38,617 nt of DNA from a virus. Below are positions 31,924-38,617 of this stretch, piece after piece; positions within the stretch are counted from its first letter, which is position 1, and every line of letters begins with the position of its first letter. The notes beneath the pieces were generated by a model. It was not told where the DNA came from. It searched no databases and worked only from the letters and a program-made list of their open reading frames with translations. Location of the stretch: positions 1 through 38,617 of IMG/VR virus record IMGVR_UViG_3300033997_000170; one strand, 5' to 3'. Both the position numbers and the translations under genes were made by a program.

Positions 31924-32299
31924 CGGCGAAAACCTGGTGTGACGGCGGGGCGATCAACTGCGCGAAAGCGTGACTGTCACGCGCTGCCAAAGCGGCGGCA
32001 CCATGCAGCAGCAGGGTGATGGCCTCCTCGGCTGCCTGGGGGCCGTCGAAGCCGCCGGCCTCGATCACCGCCTGCAGGGCCTTGACGCTGCCCTGATACA
32101 GATCGAGCGGCACCTTCACGGCCTCGGCTTTCAGCTTCGCCTGGGCCTCGCGGGCGCGTTGCGCGCGCTTTCGGTCGCGGGCCAGGCGGCGCTCGCGATC
32201 CTCTTTGCTCTCGCCTGCAGGGGCGTGGAAGTGGTCGTGCAGATCCGCGCCGGTCGGTACCGGGGCGCCATCCTGGGTCGCAAGGCGCAGAGCCGACAT
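31910..32299 (-). CDS. Hypothetical early protein (129 aa)
   Basis: Present in the ORF track, within the early operon. Confidence 0.5.
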   Translation of the reverse strand: MSALRLATQDGAPVPTGADLHDHFHAPAGESKEDRERRLARDRKRAQRAREAQAKLKAEAVKVPLDLYQGSVKALQAVIEAGGFDGPQAAEEAITLLLHGAAALAARDSHAFAQLIAPPSHQVFADADA

Positions 32300-32300
32300 A

Positions 32301-32891
32301 TCAGCGGCCCTCGATCTTGCCGAGCACCAGCAGCGGCAGCGGGCGGCCGGTACCCGTCGAGACGGCGATCATCTCGTTGACCATCGCGGCGATCGCCTCG
32401 GCGCCTTCACGCAGCATGCGGTCGACGGCGGCCGGGTCGTCGGTGCGGTCGTAGCGGCCGTTGTGTGCCGGGGTGGCCGCGGCGATGAAGTCGCCGAGCT
32501 CGCGGGTCACTTCGCCCAGGCGGGCCTGGGTGGCCTCGAGCGCCATGCCGCCGACGAACTCCGGCAGGCGCACGTCGAAGCAACCGGCCATGGCCAGCAG
32601 CTCGTGACGCGCGGCGCGCTGGTACTCCTCGGGCAGGCAGGACAGCCAGACCCACTTCCACTCAAGCGGGAACGGCTGGGTGCCGTGGAAGATCCGGCCG
32701 ATACGAATGCCCCAAGCCTTGCGGGTGCGCAGATACTCGGCGACGTCCTCGGGATCCCCGACGGGGTCAATCAGCCCGGCAGCGGACAGGGCCGGCGCCA
32801 GGCGCTCGCTGGCGAAGCGCTCGAGCGACCACTCCGAATTGGTGAACCAGCGGCTAGTCTGATCGACAACGATCTCGCGTTCCGTTCGCAT
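32301..32891 (-). CDS. First gene of the early leftward operon; possibly a CII (CP76)/YdaT-like regulator (196 aa)
   Basis: Starts at MRTEREIV with an AGAGGA SD. The resemblance to the phage 186 CII architecture is weak. Confidence 0.35.
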   Translation of the reverse strand: MRTEREIVVDQTSRWFTNSEWSLERFASERLAPALSAAGLIDPVGDPEDVAEYLRTRKAWGIRIGRIFHGTQPFPLEWKWVWLSCLPEEYQRAARHELLAMAGCFDVRLPEFVGGMALEATQARLGEVTRELGDFIAAATPAHNGRYDRTDDPAAVDRMLREGAEAIAAMVNEMIAVSTGTGRPLPLLVLGKIEGR

Positions 32892-33037
32892 AGCACGTTT
32901 CCTCTCGATGGTGGTCGCATGTGGGGTTTCCCACATTCTCAACATATAGAGAAAAAACGCAATTAGATTTCGTTATTTAGAGTGCCAATGCTCGGCATAT
33001 CTAAGGACAATAAGCAATGGATTGAGGAGGAGATTCC
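32892..33037. promoter_or_regulatory. Immunity switch region: AT-rich divergent promoter/operator region between the early operon and cI, with the palindrome ATGTGGG-N4-CCCACAT at 32919-32936
   Basis: It is markedly AT-rich compared with the rest of the window, contains dyad symmetries, and is flanked by divergent genes. Confidence 0.55.
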
Positions 33038-33703
33038 ATGTCACGCGACTACCGAATAGGCGCAGCCATAAGGAAGCGGCGGCAAGCCCTTGGCTGGGGC
33101 CTACAAAGACTGATCGACGCGGCCGGGGGCGATATGTCCACCGGCTATCTGTCGACCCTAGAAACGACGGACGTCGCCCCGAGCGTCTACGTCGCCGACA
33201 ACCTGGCAAAAGCCCTGGGCACGTCCGTGGATACGCTCCTGGCCGAGGCCCGCGACCCTGACAGCATCACACCGCCGGGCGAGCCGGCCCAGCGGGTTCC
33301 GCTGATCGCCTGGGAAATGGCCGCAGAATGGGCACGTAACCCCGACGCCAAGCGCCTGCCGGCGGGCACCTGCTGGATCATGCCGAGCGAAACGCCACCG
33401 GGGAGGGTGTTCGCCCTGGTCGTGCGCGACGAGCTCATGCAGGCGCCGACCGGGGTCAGCTTCCCGCGGGGCTACACCATTTTCGTCGACCCGATGCGCA
33501 AGGCGGCGCCTGGTGACTTCATCATCGGGCACCTGGGGGATCCGGCCTCGCCGGTCTTCAAGAAGCTGACCAGAGACGGCGCCATGCTCTACCTGCGCGC
33601 CCTGAATCCGCAGTTTCCGATGCAGCAGGTTGGTGATACTTTCGAGGTCGTCGGGGTCGTCGTAGGAGTGCGGGCGACGTTCGACAAAGGAGAGGTTCTA
33701 TAA
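33038..33703 (+). CDS. cI: Lambda CI-like repressor (XRE HTH + S24 LexA-like C-terminal domain) lacking the Ser nucleophile
   Basis: C-terminal LMQAPTGVSFPRGYTIFVDP...PGDF...FKKLTRDG...LNPQFPM aligns to lambda CI [23 protein letters not shown]...FKKLIRDS...LNPQYPM. Confidence 0.85.
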   Translation: MSRDYRIGAAIRKRRQALGWGLQRLIDAAGGDMSTGYLSTLETTDVAPSVYVADNLAKALGTSVDTLLAEARDPDSITPPGEPAQRVPLIAWEMAAEWARNPDAKRLPAGTCWIMPSETPPGRVFALVVRDELMQAPTGVSFPRGYTIFVDPMRKAAPGDFIIGHLGDPASPVFKKLTRDGAMLYLRALNPQFPMQQVGDTFEVVGVVVGVRATFDKGEVL

Positions 33704-33746
33704 AAAGAGATCGCCGGGCTTCAATATTTTGAGATTCCGGCTTACA

Positions 33747-33785
33747 GTAGCGGCGCTTTCCCGCTACGAATTTTGATTTTGCAAG
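33747..33785 (+). terminator. cI terminator (GTAGCGG/CCGCTAC + GAATTTTGATTTTG)
   Basis: 7-bp stem followed by a T-rich tail. Confidence 0.55.
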
Positions 33786-33790
33786 GGGCC

Positions 33791-33833
33791 AGAAAAGGAA
33801 AAGGCCAGGGGGCTTTAGCAACCCCCCGGCCTT
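33791..33833 (-). terminator. Minus-strand intrinsic terminator (12-bp stem AAGGCCGGGGGG/CCCCCTGGCCTT + TTCCTTTTCT)
   Basis: The T-rich tail is present only on the minus strand. Confidence 0.5.
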
Positions 33834-33930
33834 CACGATTGACGGCACCAACAACCGGGCACCTTCACCGAGCACAAACGTTTGATCTGTTTAGCGGGCA
33901 GACAAACGAAAACCGAACTTGTCCAGTTCA
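33791..33930 (-). ncRNA. Candidate ~140-nt leftward small RNA, from promoter TTGACG-N16-TAAACT (33964-33937) to the terminator at 33791-33833
   Basis: Good sigma70 hexamers on the minus strand, a unidirectional terminator, and no credible ORF. Confidence 0.3.
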
Positions 33931-33965
33931 GTGCTCAGTTTAGACCCGGCTGGTGGTGCGTCAAT

Positions 33966-33998
33966 CGTTTGTACCTTTTCGCCTTTGTACTTTTGGCC
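33966..33998 (+). promoter_or_regulatory. Dispersed motif site C: CGTTTGTACCTTTTCGCC + TTTGTACTTTTGGCC, ending 12 nt before the repA ATG
   Basis: 15 of 16 identity with site A, and matches sites B and D. Confidence 0.5.
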
Positions 33999-34009
33999 AA
34001 AGGGATAAA

Positions 34010-37000
34010 ATGACAAACGTACCACAGGGCAAGGGGCTAGGGGCCTTCTACAAAGAGCGATTCAACGCCGACCCATACGCCCTCGCCGACTACTGCTACG
34101 ACCAGATTTCCGACGCTGCCGCCGAGGCCTATGTCGACTGGTCGTCGGTCTGCAACGCCGTCCACTACAACGGCGAGCGCCTGAAGAAGTACTCGAAGGT
34201 CAAGATCAAGGCCACCGTCGAGAAGTACAACGGCAAGGTCATGGTCTGGGGCGACATTCGCACCGCCCGCGGTACCGACAAGCTCGCGCCCTTCGACTAC
34301 CCCACCCTTACCTTCTCGAACAACGCCGCCAACCCCAGCACATGGTCGGGCCTGGCCGCCCTGGCCGAGATCTACGAACGCGAGGGCGGCAAGCTCACCG
34401 ACGCCCGCCACCTCGAGTGGAAACAGCGCCAGGAGCAGCGCCGCGCCGAGCGCGAAGCGCGCAAGCTCGAAGACGAGCGCCAGGCCCGCGAGAAGGCCGA
34501 ACGGATCCACGCCGAGCGCCTTGCCTATGACCGCGCCTGGCTGACTGGCGAGACCTGCACCTTCCTCTATGAGCACGGCGACCAGATCCGCGAGGGCACG
34601 GTCGAAGTGATCGGCCCCGAGGATGGCACCGCGCCGTACCTGGTCAAGAAACAGGTCGGCGCCATCGCGTCACGCTTCAAAATGCAGCGTATGCGTGACC
34701 GTCACGGTGTATTCACGGCGGTGCCGATGCACGACATCGACGGCAACTTCCTGGGCCTGCAGCGCCTCTATGCCGACAAGAAACTGCAGGGCACCGGGGT
34801 GAAGATGGACGGCGCGCATTGCGTCCTGGGCGACCTCGAGAACGCCAAGCGCCGCTACTCGGCCGAGGGCTTCGCGACCGGCGCCAGCATCTACCTGGCA
34901 GAGCTCGAGGCCGGCCGCGGCGACGAGGTCGCCGTGGTCATCGCGTTCAACGTCGACAACCTGCTCAAGGTGCTGCGCGCCTACGCCAAGCGCTACCCCG
35001 CCTGGCGCTTCCACAACGCCGCCGACAATGACCAGTGGAAAGACGGCAACGCCGGCCTGCTGGCCGCGCTCGAGATCCACCGCGACCTTCACCACCAGGG
35101 CATCGTCCCGAACTTTGCCGCCCACCTCGAGCTGCTCGAGTGCAGCGCCCAGGCAATCGCCGAGCTCAGAGCCCAGAACAGGGCGCCCGTGATCGGCTTC
35201 TGCGCCGAGGAGCTCGCCGCCTTCAAGGCCGCGGGCAAAGGCCCCACCGACTGGAACGACTACCACTGCCTGTTCGGCCTCGAGGCGACTGCCAAGGCCC
35301 TGCGCGCACGCGACAGCGTGTTCCGTGCGGAAAAGGACTGGTTCGCCTACTGCCTGCAGCGCCTGCAGTACAGCGGCAAGCGCCTGGGCGAGAAGAACGC
35401 CATGGCCGCGGTGGCGGCCGGCATGATGCTCTCCCCGATCAAGTACAGCTACGACCAGGTCGTGCAGGCGATCCTCAAGGCACTGCCGGCAGCCGTCGAC
35501 AGCACCAGCCGCTTCAAGATCCGCAGCCGCGCCCACTGGCTGGCCAAGCAAAAGCTGCAGCAGGCGCGCCAGCTGCGCGGCTTCTCCAGCGCAGCGCTGG
35601 CCAAGCCAAACGTGCAGCACCTCAGCATCGAGGGAGTGCGAGCCGCGCACGGTGGCATCGAGCTGCCGGCGCACATGGCCGCCCTGGTCGAATCGCTCGA
35701 GGGCGTCATCATCGTGCGCGCGCCGATGGGCTCGGGGAAAACCGAGAAGCTGATCGCGCCGCTGATGCAGGCCTCCAGCCGTGCCGCCTACGTTGCGCAC
35801 CGGATCTCGCTCCTCGATGACGCTGCCGCCCGCCTGGGCGTCGAGCACTACAAACAGGTCTTCGCCTGGCAGATGCAGCACGTCTCGCACCTGGCCTGCT
35901 GCGTCAACAGCCTGACCAAGCCCATGTTCTACAACGCCGAGGAGCGCAGCTGGTTTACCACCCTCGAGACGCTGTGCATCGACGAGGCCAGCCAGGTGCT
36001 GCGCCACACCACCACCGGCCCGGTCGAGGGTCGGGTCAAGGTCATGGATGCGCTGATCGACGCCGTCGGCGCCGCCAAGCGCGTGCTGCTCTGCGACGCC
36101 GACGCCAACGACAGCCTGATCGAGTTCTGCGAGCTCGCCCGCCCAGGCGAGACGATCACCATCCTCGAGGTCGGCGGATCCGCCGAGCACATCCGCATCG
36201 ACCACGCCGAGGACGAGGCCGTCTGGCAGCTGGCGATCGACAACGTGAAGGCCGGCAAGCGCGTGCTGGTCGCCAACGACTCGGCCGAGTCGGCCAAGAA
36301 AATGGCCGCCCTGATCGAAGCCATGGTCGAGGAGGGCGAGATCAAGCCCGTGCGCATGCTCCTGGTACACGCCGACAGCAAGGCCGACCAGGACGTCGAG
36401 GCCTTCCTATGCAACCCCAACGCCGAGGCGATCAAGTACGACGTGCTGATCTATTCGCCCGCGATCTCCTCGGGCGTGTCGATGACCACCCCGCACTTCG
36501 ACGCCCACTTCGGCCTGTTCAGCGGTAACACGGTCGGCCCGTCCGACGCCGTGCAGATGCTGCGCCGCGACCGCACAGCCCGCCACTACGTGATCGGCAT
36601 CGGCCACACCAGCGCCCAACGCGAAACCGACCGGGAGAAGATCTGGCGCGGCCACATGAAGGCCGACGAGGTCGCCTGCGAGTTCGAGGAGACCAGCGAG
36701 GAGATCATCCTGCGCCGTCGCAAGACCGCGTTCGACCACCTCTACCTGGCCACCGTCACCGCCGAGAACGCGGCCCGGAACAACTTCGCCAACAACCTGC
36801 TGCTGATGCTCTACGCCGACGGCTACAACGTGCAGCGCCTCGACATCGCCGGCCTGGGCTACGACGAGGAGGCCCTCACTAAGGAATCGCGCAGCAACCG
36901 CAAGGTGGCCGGCGCGATCGTGTTCGACAAGCGCATGGATCTGATCGAGAGCGTCCAGACGCCCGACGAGGAGCAGTTCCTCAAGCTCAGCCGGCAGGAG

Positions 37001-37894
37001 GTGCGCAGCGAGGCCGAGAGCGCCCAGCTCGACCGCTACCACATCGAGCACCAGCTCGGCGTCGACGAGATCACCGCCGACGACGTGGCCTTCTACGATG
37101 ACCGCGGCATTTCCAAGGTGGTGGCCATGGAGCTGCTGCAGGCCGACGAGGAGCAGGCCAGGAACTACGACAAGGCGCAGCGCAAGGCGAAGGTAACCCT
37201 CACCCTGCACCGCTGGAAAACGCCCGCGCACGCGCTCCTGGGGCGCGTCTTCGAGATCCTCGGCGTCGATCGCTTCACGGGCGAGGGCGAGTTCACCTCA
37301 GAGCAATGCCGCCAGGTGCTCGAGTACCTCACCACCAGCGCCGACCAGGTCGAGCTCTACAACGCCCTCAAGCTGGGGCGCTACATCCCCAGCACCAGCG
37401 CGCGCATGTGCGCCACTACCCTGGTCAAGTCGATTTTCGAGCGCCTCGGCCTCGCTATCACAAAGCGCAAGACGAACGGTGTGCACTTGTTCTCAGTAAA
37501 CCCGGACAATTGGCAGTTCATCATGGCCTATTGCCAGCGACGCGCAGCGAAGAACGTCCACTCGCTGACCACCCACGAGCACGACGCGGCCCACCAGCCC
37601 AAGCTCGCGCCAGAGCCCCAGGCAGACGCCCAGGCCACGCCTGGCGCGGCTTCCAGCGACAGGGATACTTTGCAGTGTGATGGTGTAAGCGAGAGTGGAA
37701 AGTATCCCTTGAGCGTGCGGGAGAGGATCTTCGCCGTTGCTTCTCGCTTCGCCGCACCCGCCGGTATCTCGCTGACGCGACTCGTGGGGGCGCTGACGCC
37801 AGAGGTGGCGGGCAGCCTGGCCAAGCCGGGAGCGGAGCAGAGCCGAACGCTAGGGTTCACCCTTGCGTATGCGGCCAAGCTGCTGCGATCCTAG
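34010..37894 (+). CDS. repA: N15 RepA-like multifunctional replication protein (TOPRIM primase + helicase, 1294 aa)
   Basis: Primase-like EGFATGASIYLA...AFNVDNL...ADND. Walker A APMGSGKTEK and Walker B LCIDEASQ. Size and position match N15-type phages. ATG at 34010 preferred over GTG at 33953. Confidence 0.8.
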   Translation: MTNVPQGKGLGAFYKERFNADPYALADYCYDQISDAAAEAYVDWSSVCNAVHYNGERLKKYSKVKIKATVEKYNGKVMVWGDIRTARGTDKLAPFDYPTLTFSNNAANPSTWSGLAALAEIYEREGGKLTDARHLEWKQRQEQRRAEREARKLEDERQAREKAERIHAERLAYDRAWLTGETCTFLYEHGDQIREGTVEVIGPEDGTAPYLVKKQVGAIASRFKMQRMRDRHGVFTAVPMHDIDGNFLGLQRLYADKKLQGTGVKMDGAHCVLGDLENAKRRYSAEGFATGASIYLAELEAGRGDEVAVVIAFNVDNLLKVLRAYAKRYPAWRFHNAADNDQWKDGNAGLLAALEIHRDLHHQGIVPNFAAHLELLECSAQAIAELRAQNRAPVIGFCAEELAAFKAAGKGPTDWNDYHCLFGLEATAKALRARDSVFRAEKDWFAYCLQRLQYSGKRLGEKNAMAAVAAGMMLSPIKYSYDQVVQAILKALPAAVDSTSRFKIRSRAHWLAKQKLQQARQLRGFSSAALAKPNVQHLSIEGVRAAHGGIELPAHMAALVESLEGVIIVRAPMGSGKTEKLIAPLMQASSRAAYVAHRISLLDDAAARLGVEHYKQVFAWQMQHVSHLACCVNSLTKPMFYNAEERSWFTTLETLCIDEASQVLRHTTTGPVEGRVKVMDALIDAVGAAKRVLLCDADANDSLIEFCELARPGETITILEVGGSAEHIRIDHAEDEAVWQLAIDNVKAGKRVLVANDSAESAKKMAALIEAMVEEGEIKPVRMLLVHADSKADQDVEAFLCNPNAEAIKYDVLIYSPAISSGVSMTTPHFDAHFGLFSGNTVGPSDAVQMLRRDRTARHYVIGIGHTSAQRETDREKIWRGHMKADEVACEFEETSEEIILRRRKTAFDHLYLATVTAENAARNNFANNLLLMLYADGYNVQRLDIAGLGYDEEALTKESRSNRKVAGAIVFDKRMDLIESVQTPDEEQFLKLSRQEVRSEAESAQLDRYHIEHQLGVDEITADDVAFYDDRGISKVVAMELLQADEEQARNYDKAQRKAKVTLTLHRWKTPAHALLGRVFEILGVDRFTGEGEFTSEQCRQVLEYLTTSADQVELYNALKLGRYIPSTSARMCATTLVKSIFERLGLAITKRKTNGVHLFSVNPDNWQFIMAYCQRRAAKNVHSLTTHEHDAAHQPKLAPEPQADAQATPGAASSDRDTLQCDGVSESGKYPLSVRERIFAVASRFAAPAGISLTRLVGALTPEVAGSLAKPGAEQSRTLGFTLAYAAKLLRS

Positions 37895-37902
37895 CGCCGT
37901 GG

Positions 37903-37922
37903 TACTGTACAAACAACCAGTA
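37903..37922. promoter_or_regulatory. LexA-box-like palindrome TACTG-N10-CAGTA (CTGT-N8-CCAG)
   Basis: TACTGTACAAACAACCAGTA compared with the gammaproteobacterial SOS box TACTGTATATATATACAGTA. A consensus TTGACA hexamer lies at 37931-37936. Confidence 0.45.
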
Positions 37923-37972
37923 ATGGCCGATTGACACAAGGGGAGGGAAGTACCTTGCAATGCCGTGAAAAG

Positions 37973-38218
37973 ATGGACAGAGCGTCCGCCAAACTCAGCC
38001 GCGCCAGGTCGGCGCTAACGCTGGCCATGAAGGCCGGCCCCGAGGCAACCAAGGGCGAGCTGCTGGACGCAGTCCTAGCCGCCCTCGAGCACATTGATGC
38101 CGCCGACGCGGCCCTGGGAGATGAGGAAACGCGAGCAGGTCGGCCGGGGCATATAGCCCCGGCGACCGAGGCAGGTCACCCGCGGCTAGTCGTCGCCGCC
38201 ACCTGCAGCGCCTCGTAA
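37973..38218 (+). CDS. Small orphan protein (81 aa from the ATG; 87 aa if TTG at 37955 with the GGGAGGG SD is used) in the repA-tel locus; candidate antirepressor
   Basis: High third-position GC over the first ~45 codons and predicted helical character. Its 3' end overlaps the convergent protelomerase gene by 43 nt. Confidence 0.4.
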   Translation: MDRASAKLSRARSALTLAMKAGPEATKGELLDAVLAALEHIDAADAALGDEETRAGRPGHIAPATEAGHPRLVVAATCSAS

Positions 38219-38617
38219 GCTGCAGCCCGGTCGGCCCCCTCACCGCGCGCCACCTCGACGCCATTCACGCGGGCCACCGCCACCCACTTGCCGCTGGATA
38301 CCTCGCTGACCGAGATCCGCGGCTTAGCTTTCACCACCTCAGCCGGTACAGCCGGGGCGATCTCCTCGACAGGTCGCGCCGGACTGGCAAGCGCCTCGGC
38401 CGCCAGCTCGAGATACTCCTTGATGACCGGGCGATAGCTGCCGACATTGGTCGCGATCGCCTTCTGCGAGATCCGCGCCTCGGGCGCCGCCTTCACGGTC
38501 TCTTTCACCCAGCGGTGGATCTTCTGCATCGCCTCGCGGCCGGCGATCTGCTCGTGCTCGTCCAGGGCCTCGAGCGCCTCGAGGCGGCTGCCGTATTTGC
38601 TGGCCGGCGCCGCCGGC
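38176..38617 (-). CDS. tel: Protelomerase C-terminal part (continues from position 1 across the circular junction)
   Basis: ...EAMQKIHRWVKETVKAAPEARISQK... is in frame with the minus-strand ORF at 1-1359. 1359 + 315 = 1674 nt is divisible by 3. Confidence 0.8.
   Translation of the reverse strand, partial: PAAPASKYGSRLEALEALDEHEQIAGREAMQKIHRWVKETVKAAPEARISQKAIATNVGSYRPVIKEYLELAAEALASPARPVEEIAPAVPAEVVKAKPRISVSEVSSGKWVAVARVNGVEVARGEGADRAAAYEALQVAATTSRG

Noticed and set aside
33558-33875. 105-aa minus-strand ORF between cI and repA
   Set aside because: It reads through the minus-strand terminator and antisense into the cI 3' end, with a junk-like translation. The region is better explained as non-coding RNA and regulatory DNA.
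33953-34009. GTG start extending repA by 19 codons (MVRQSFVPFRLCTFGQRDK)
   Set aside because: The extension would be encoded by the AT-rich motif site C, with low third-position GC and rare codons. The ATG at 34010 is preceded by AAAGGGA.
38491-38617. Terminal repeat as a biological feature (phage DTR, LTR or IS end)
   Set aside because: It is an exact direct copy of typical assembler k-mer length. It lies inside a CDS that continues in frame across the join, so it is an assembly overlap and not a physical terminal redundancy.
1-38617. Search by eye for CRISPR arrays, tRNA/tmRNA genes, integrase/recombinase, transposase, reverse transcriptase (retron or DGR) and toxin-antitoxin pairs
   Set aside because: I saw no repeat-spacer architecture, no cloverleaf-like conserved tRNA motifs, and no ORF with integrase, transposase or RT signatures. 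The absence of an integrase is consistent with the linear-plasmid lifestyle. This is a manual scan, so short RNA genes could have been missed.

Overview
The window is a complete, circularly closed assembly of a high-GC temperate myophage. An exact 127-bp overlap (1-127 = 38491-38617) closes the circle, giving about 38,490 bp of unique sequence. The phage is of the N15 / VP882 / PhiHAP-1 telomere-phage type, i.e. a linear plasmid-prophage. No integrase, transposase, tRNA or CRISPR array was seen.

Plasmid-maintenance and accessory region:
- A protelomerase gene on the minus strand wraps the contig junction.
- A 76-bp palindromic telomere-resolution site (centre 1530/1531) lies about 170 bp upstream of it.
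- Next come a small type-Ib parA / RHH-parB pair and a plus-strand accessory operon (3001-5212) of tiny overlapping ORFs plus a DEDDh exonuclease fused to a zinc ribbon.
- A terminator-insulated exported protein follows, then a Mu Com-like zinc finger overlapping a DPPY DNA methyltransferase.

Late region (6752-29737, all minus strand):
- P2-type contractile tail genes: D, X, U, tape measure, E/E+E' with a T TTT TTG -1 frameshift, tube, sheath, fibre plus chaperone, and I, J, W, V.
- Lambda-type head-tail joining and head genes: FII/Z-like proteins, an S78 protease fused to an HK97 capsid protein, portal, gpW-like protein, and terL/terS.
- A pinholin / SAR-endolysin / Rz-Rz1 lysis cassette.

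Early and immunity region:
- A minus-strand early operon encodes a Q-like antiterminator, a TraR zinc finger and a Lar-like protein.
- It diverges from a lambda-CI-like repressor gene, which is followed by a 1294-aa N15 RepA-like primase-helicase.

Most interesting observations:
1. The CI-like repressor has lost both the Ser nucleophile and the Ala-Gly self-cleavage site. A LexA-box-like palindrome sits in front of a small orphan ORF in the repA-tel locus, so that ORF is a candidate SOS-controlled antirepressor module.
2. A two-part TTTGYAC / TTTTGGCC motif is dispersed at four intergenic or gene-boundary sites: parA, terS, repA and the late-operon boundary.
3. A Trp-rich membrane protein is inserted at the position equivalent to P2 Z/fun.
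4. There are two candidate small RNAs: a structured, terminator-ended region upstream of parA, and a promoter-plus-terminator unit between cI and repA.
5. The com gene overlaps the methyltransferase start, as com overlaps mom in Mu.
6. The palindrome CTCGAG is strikingly over-represented.

All functional calls rest on my own reading of the translations and motifs. No database search was run.
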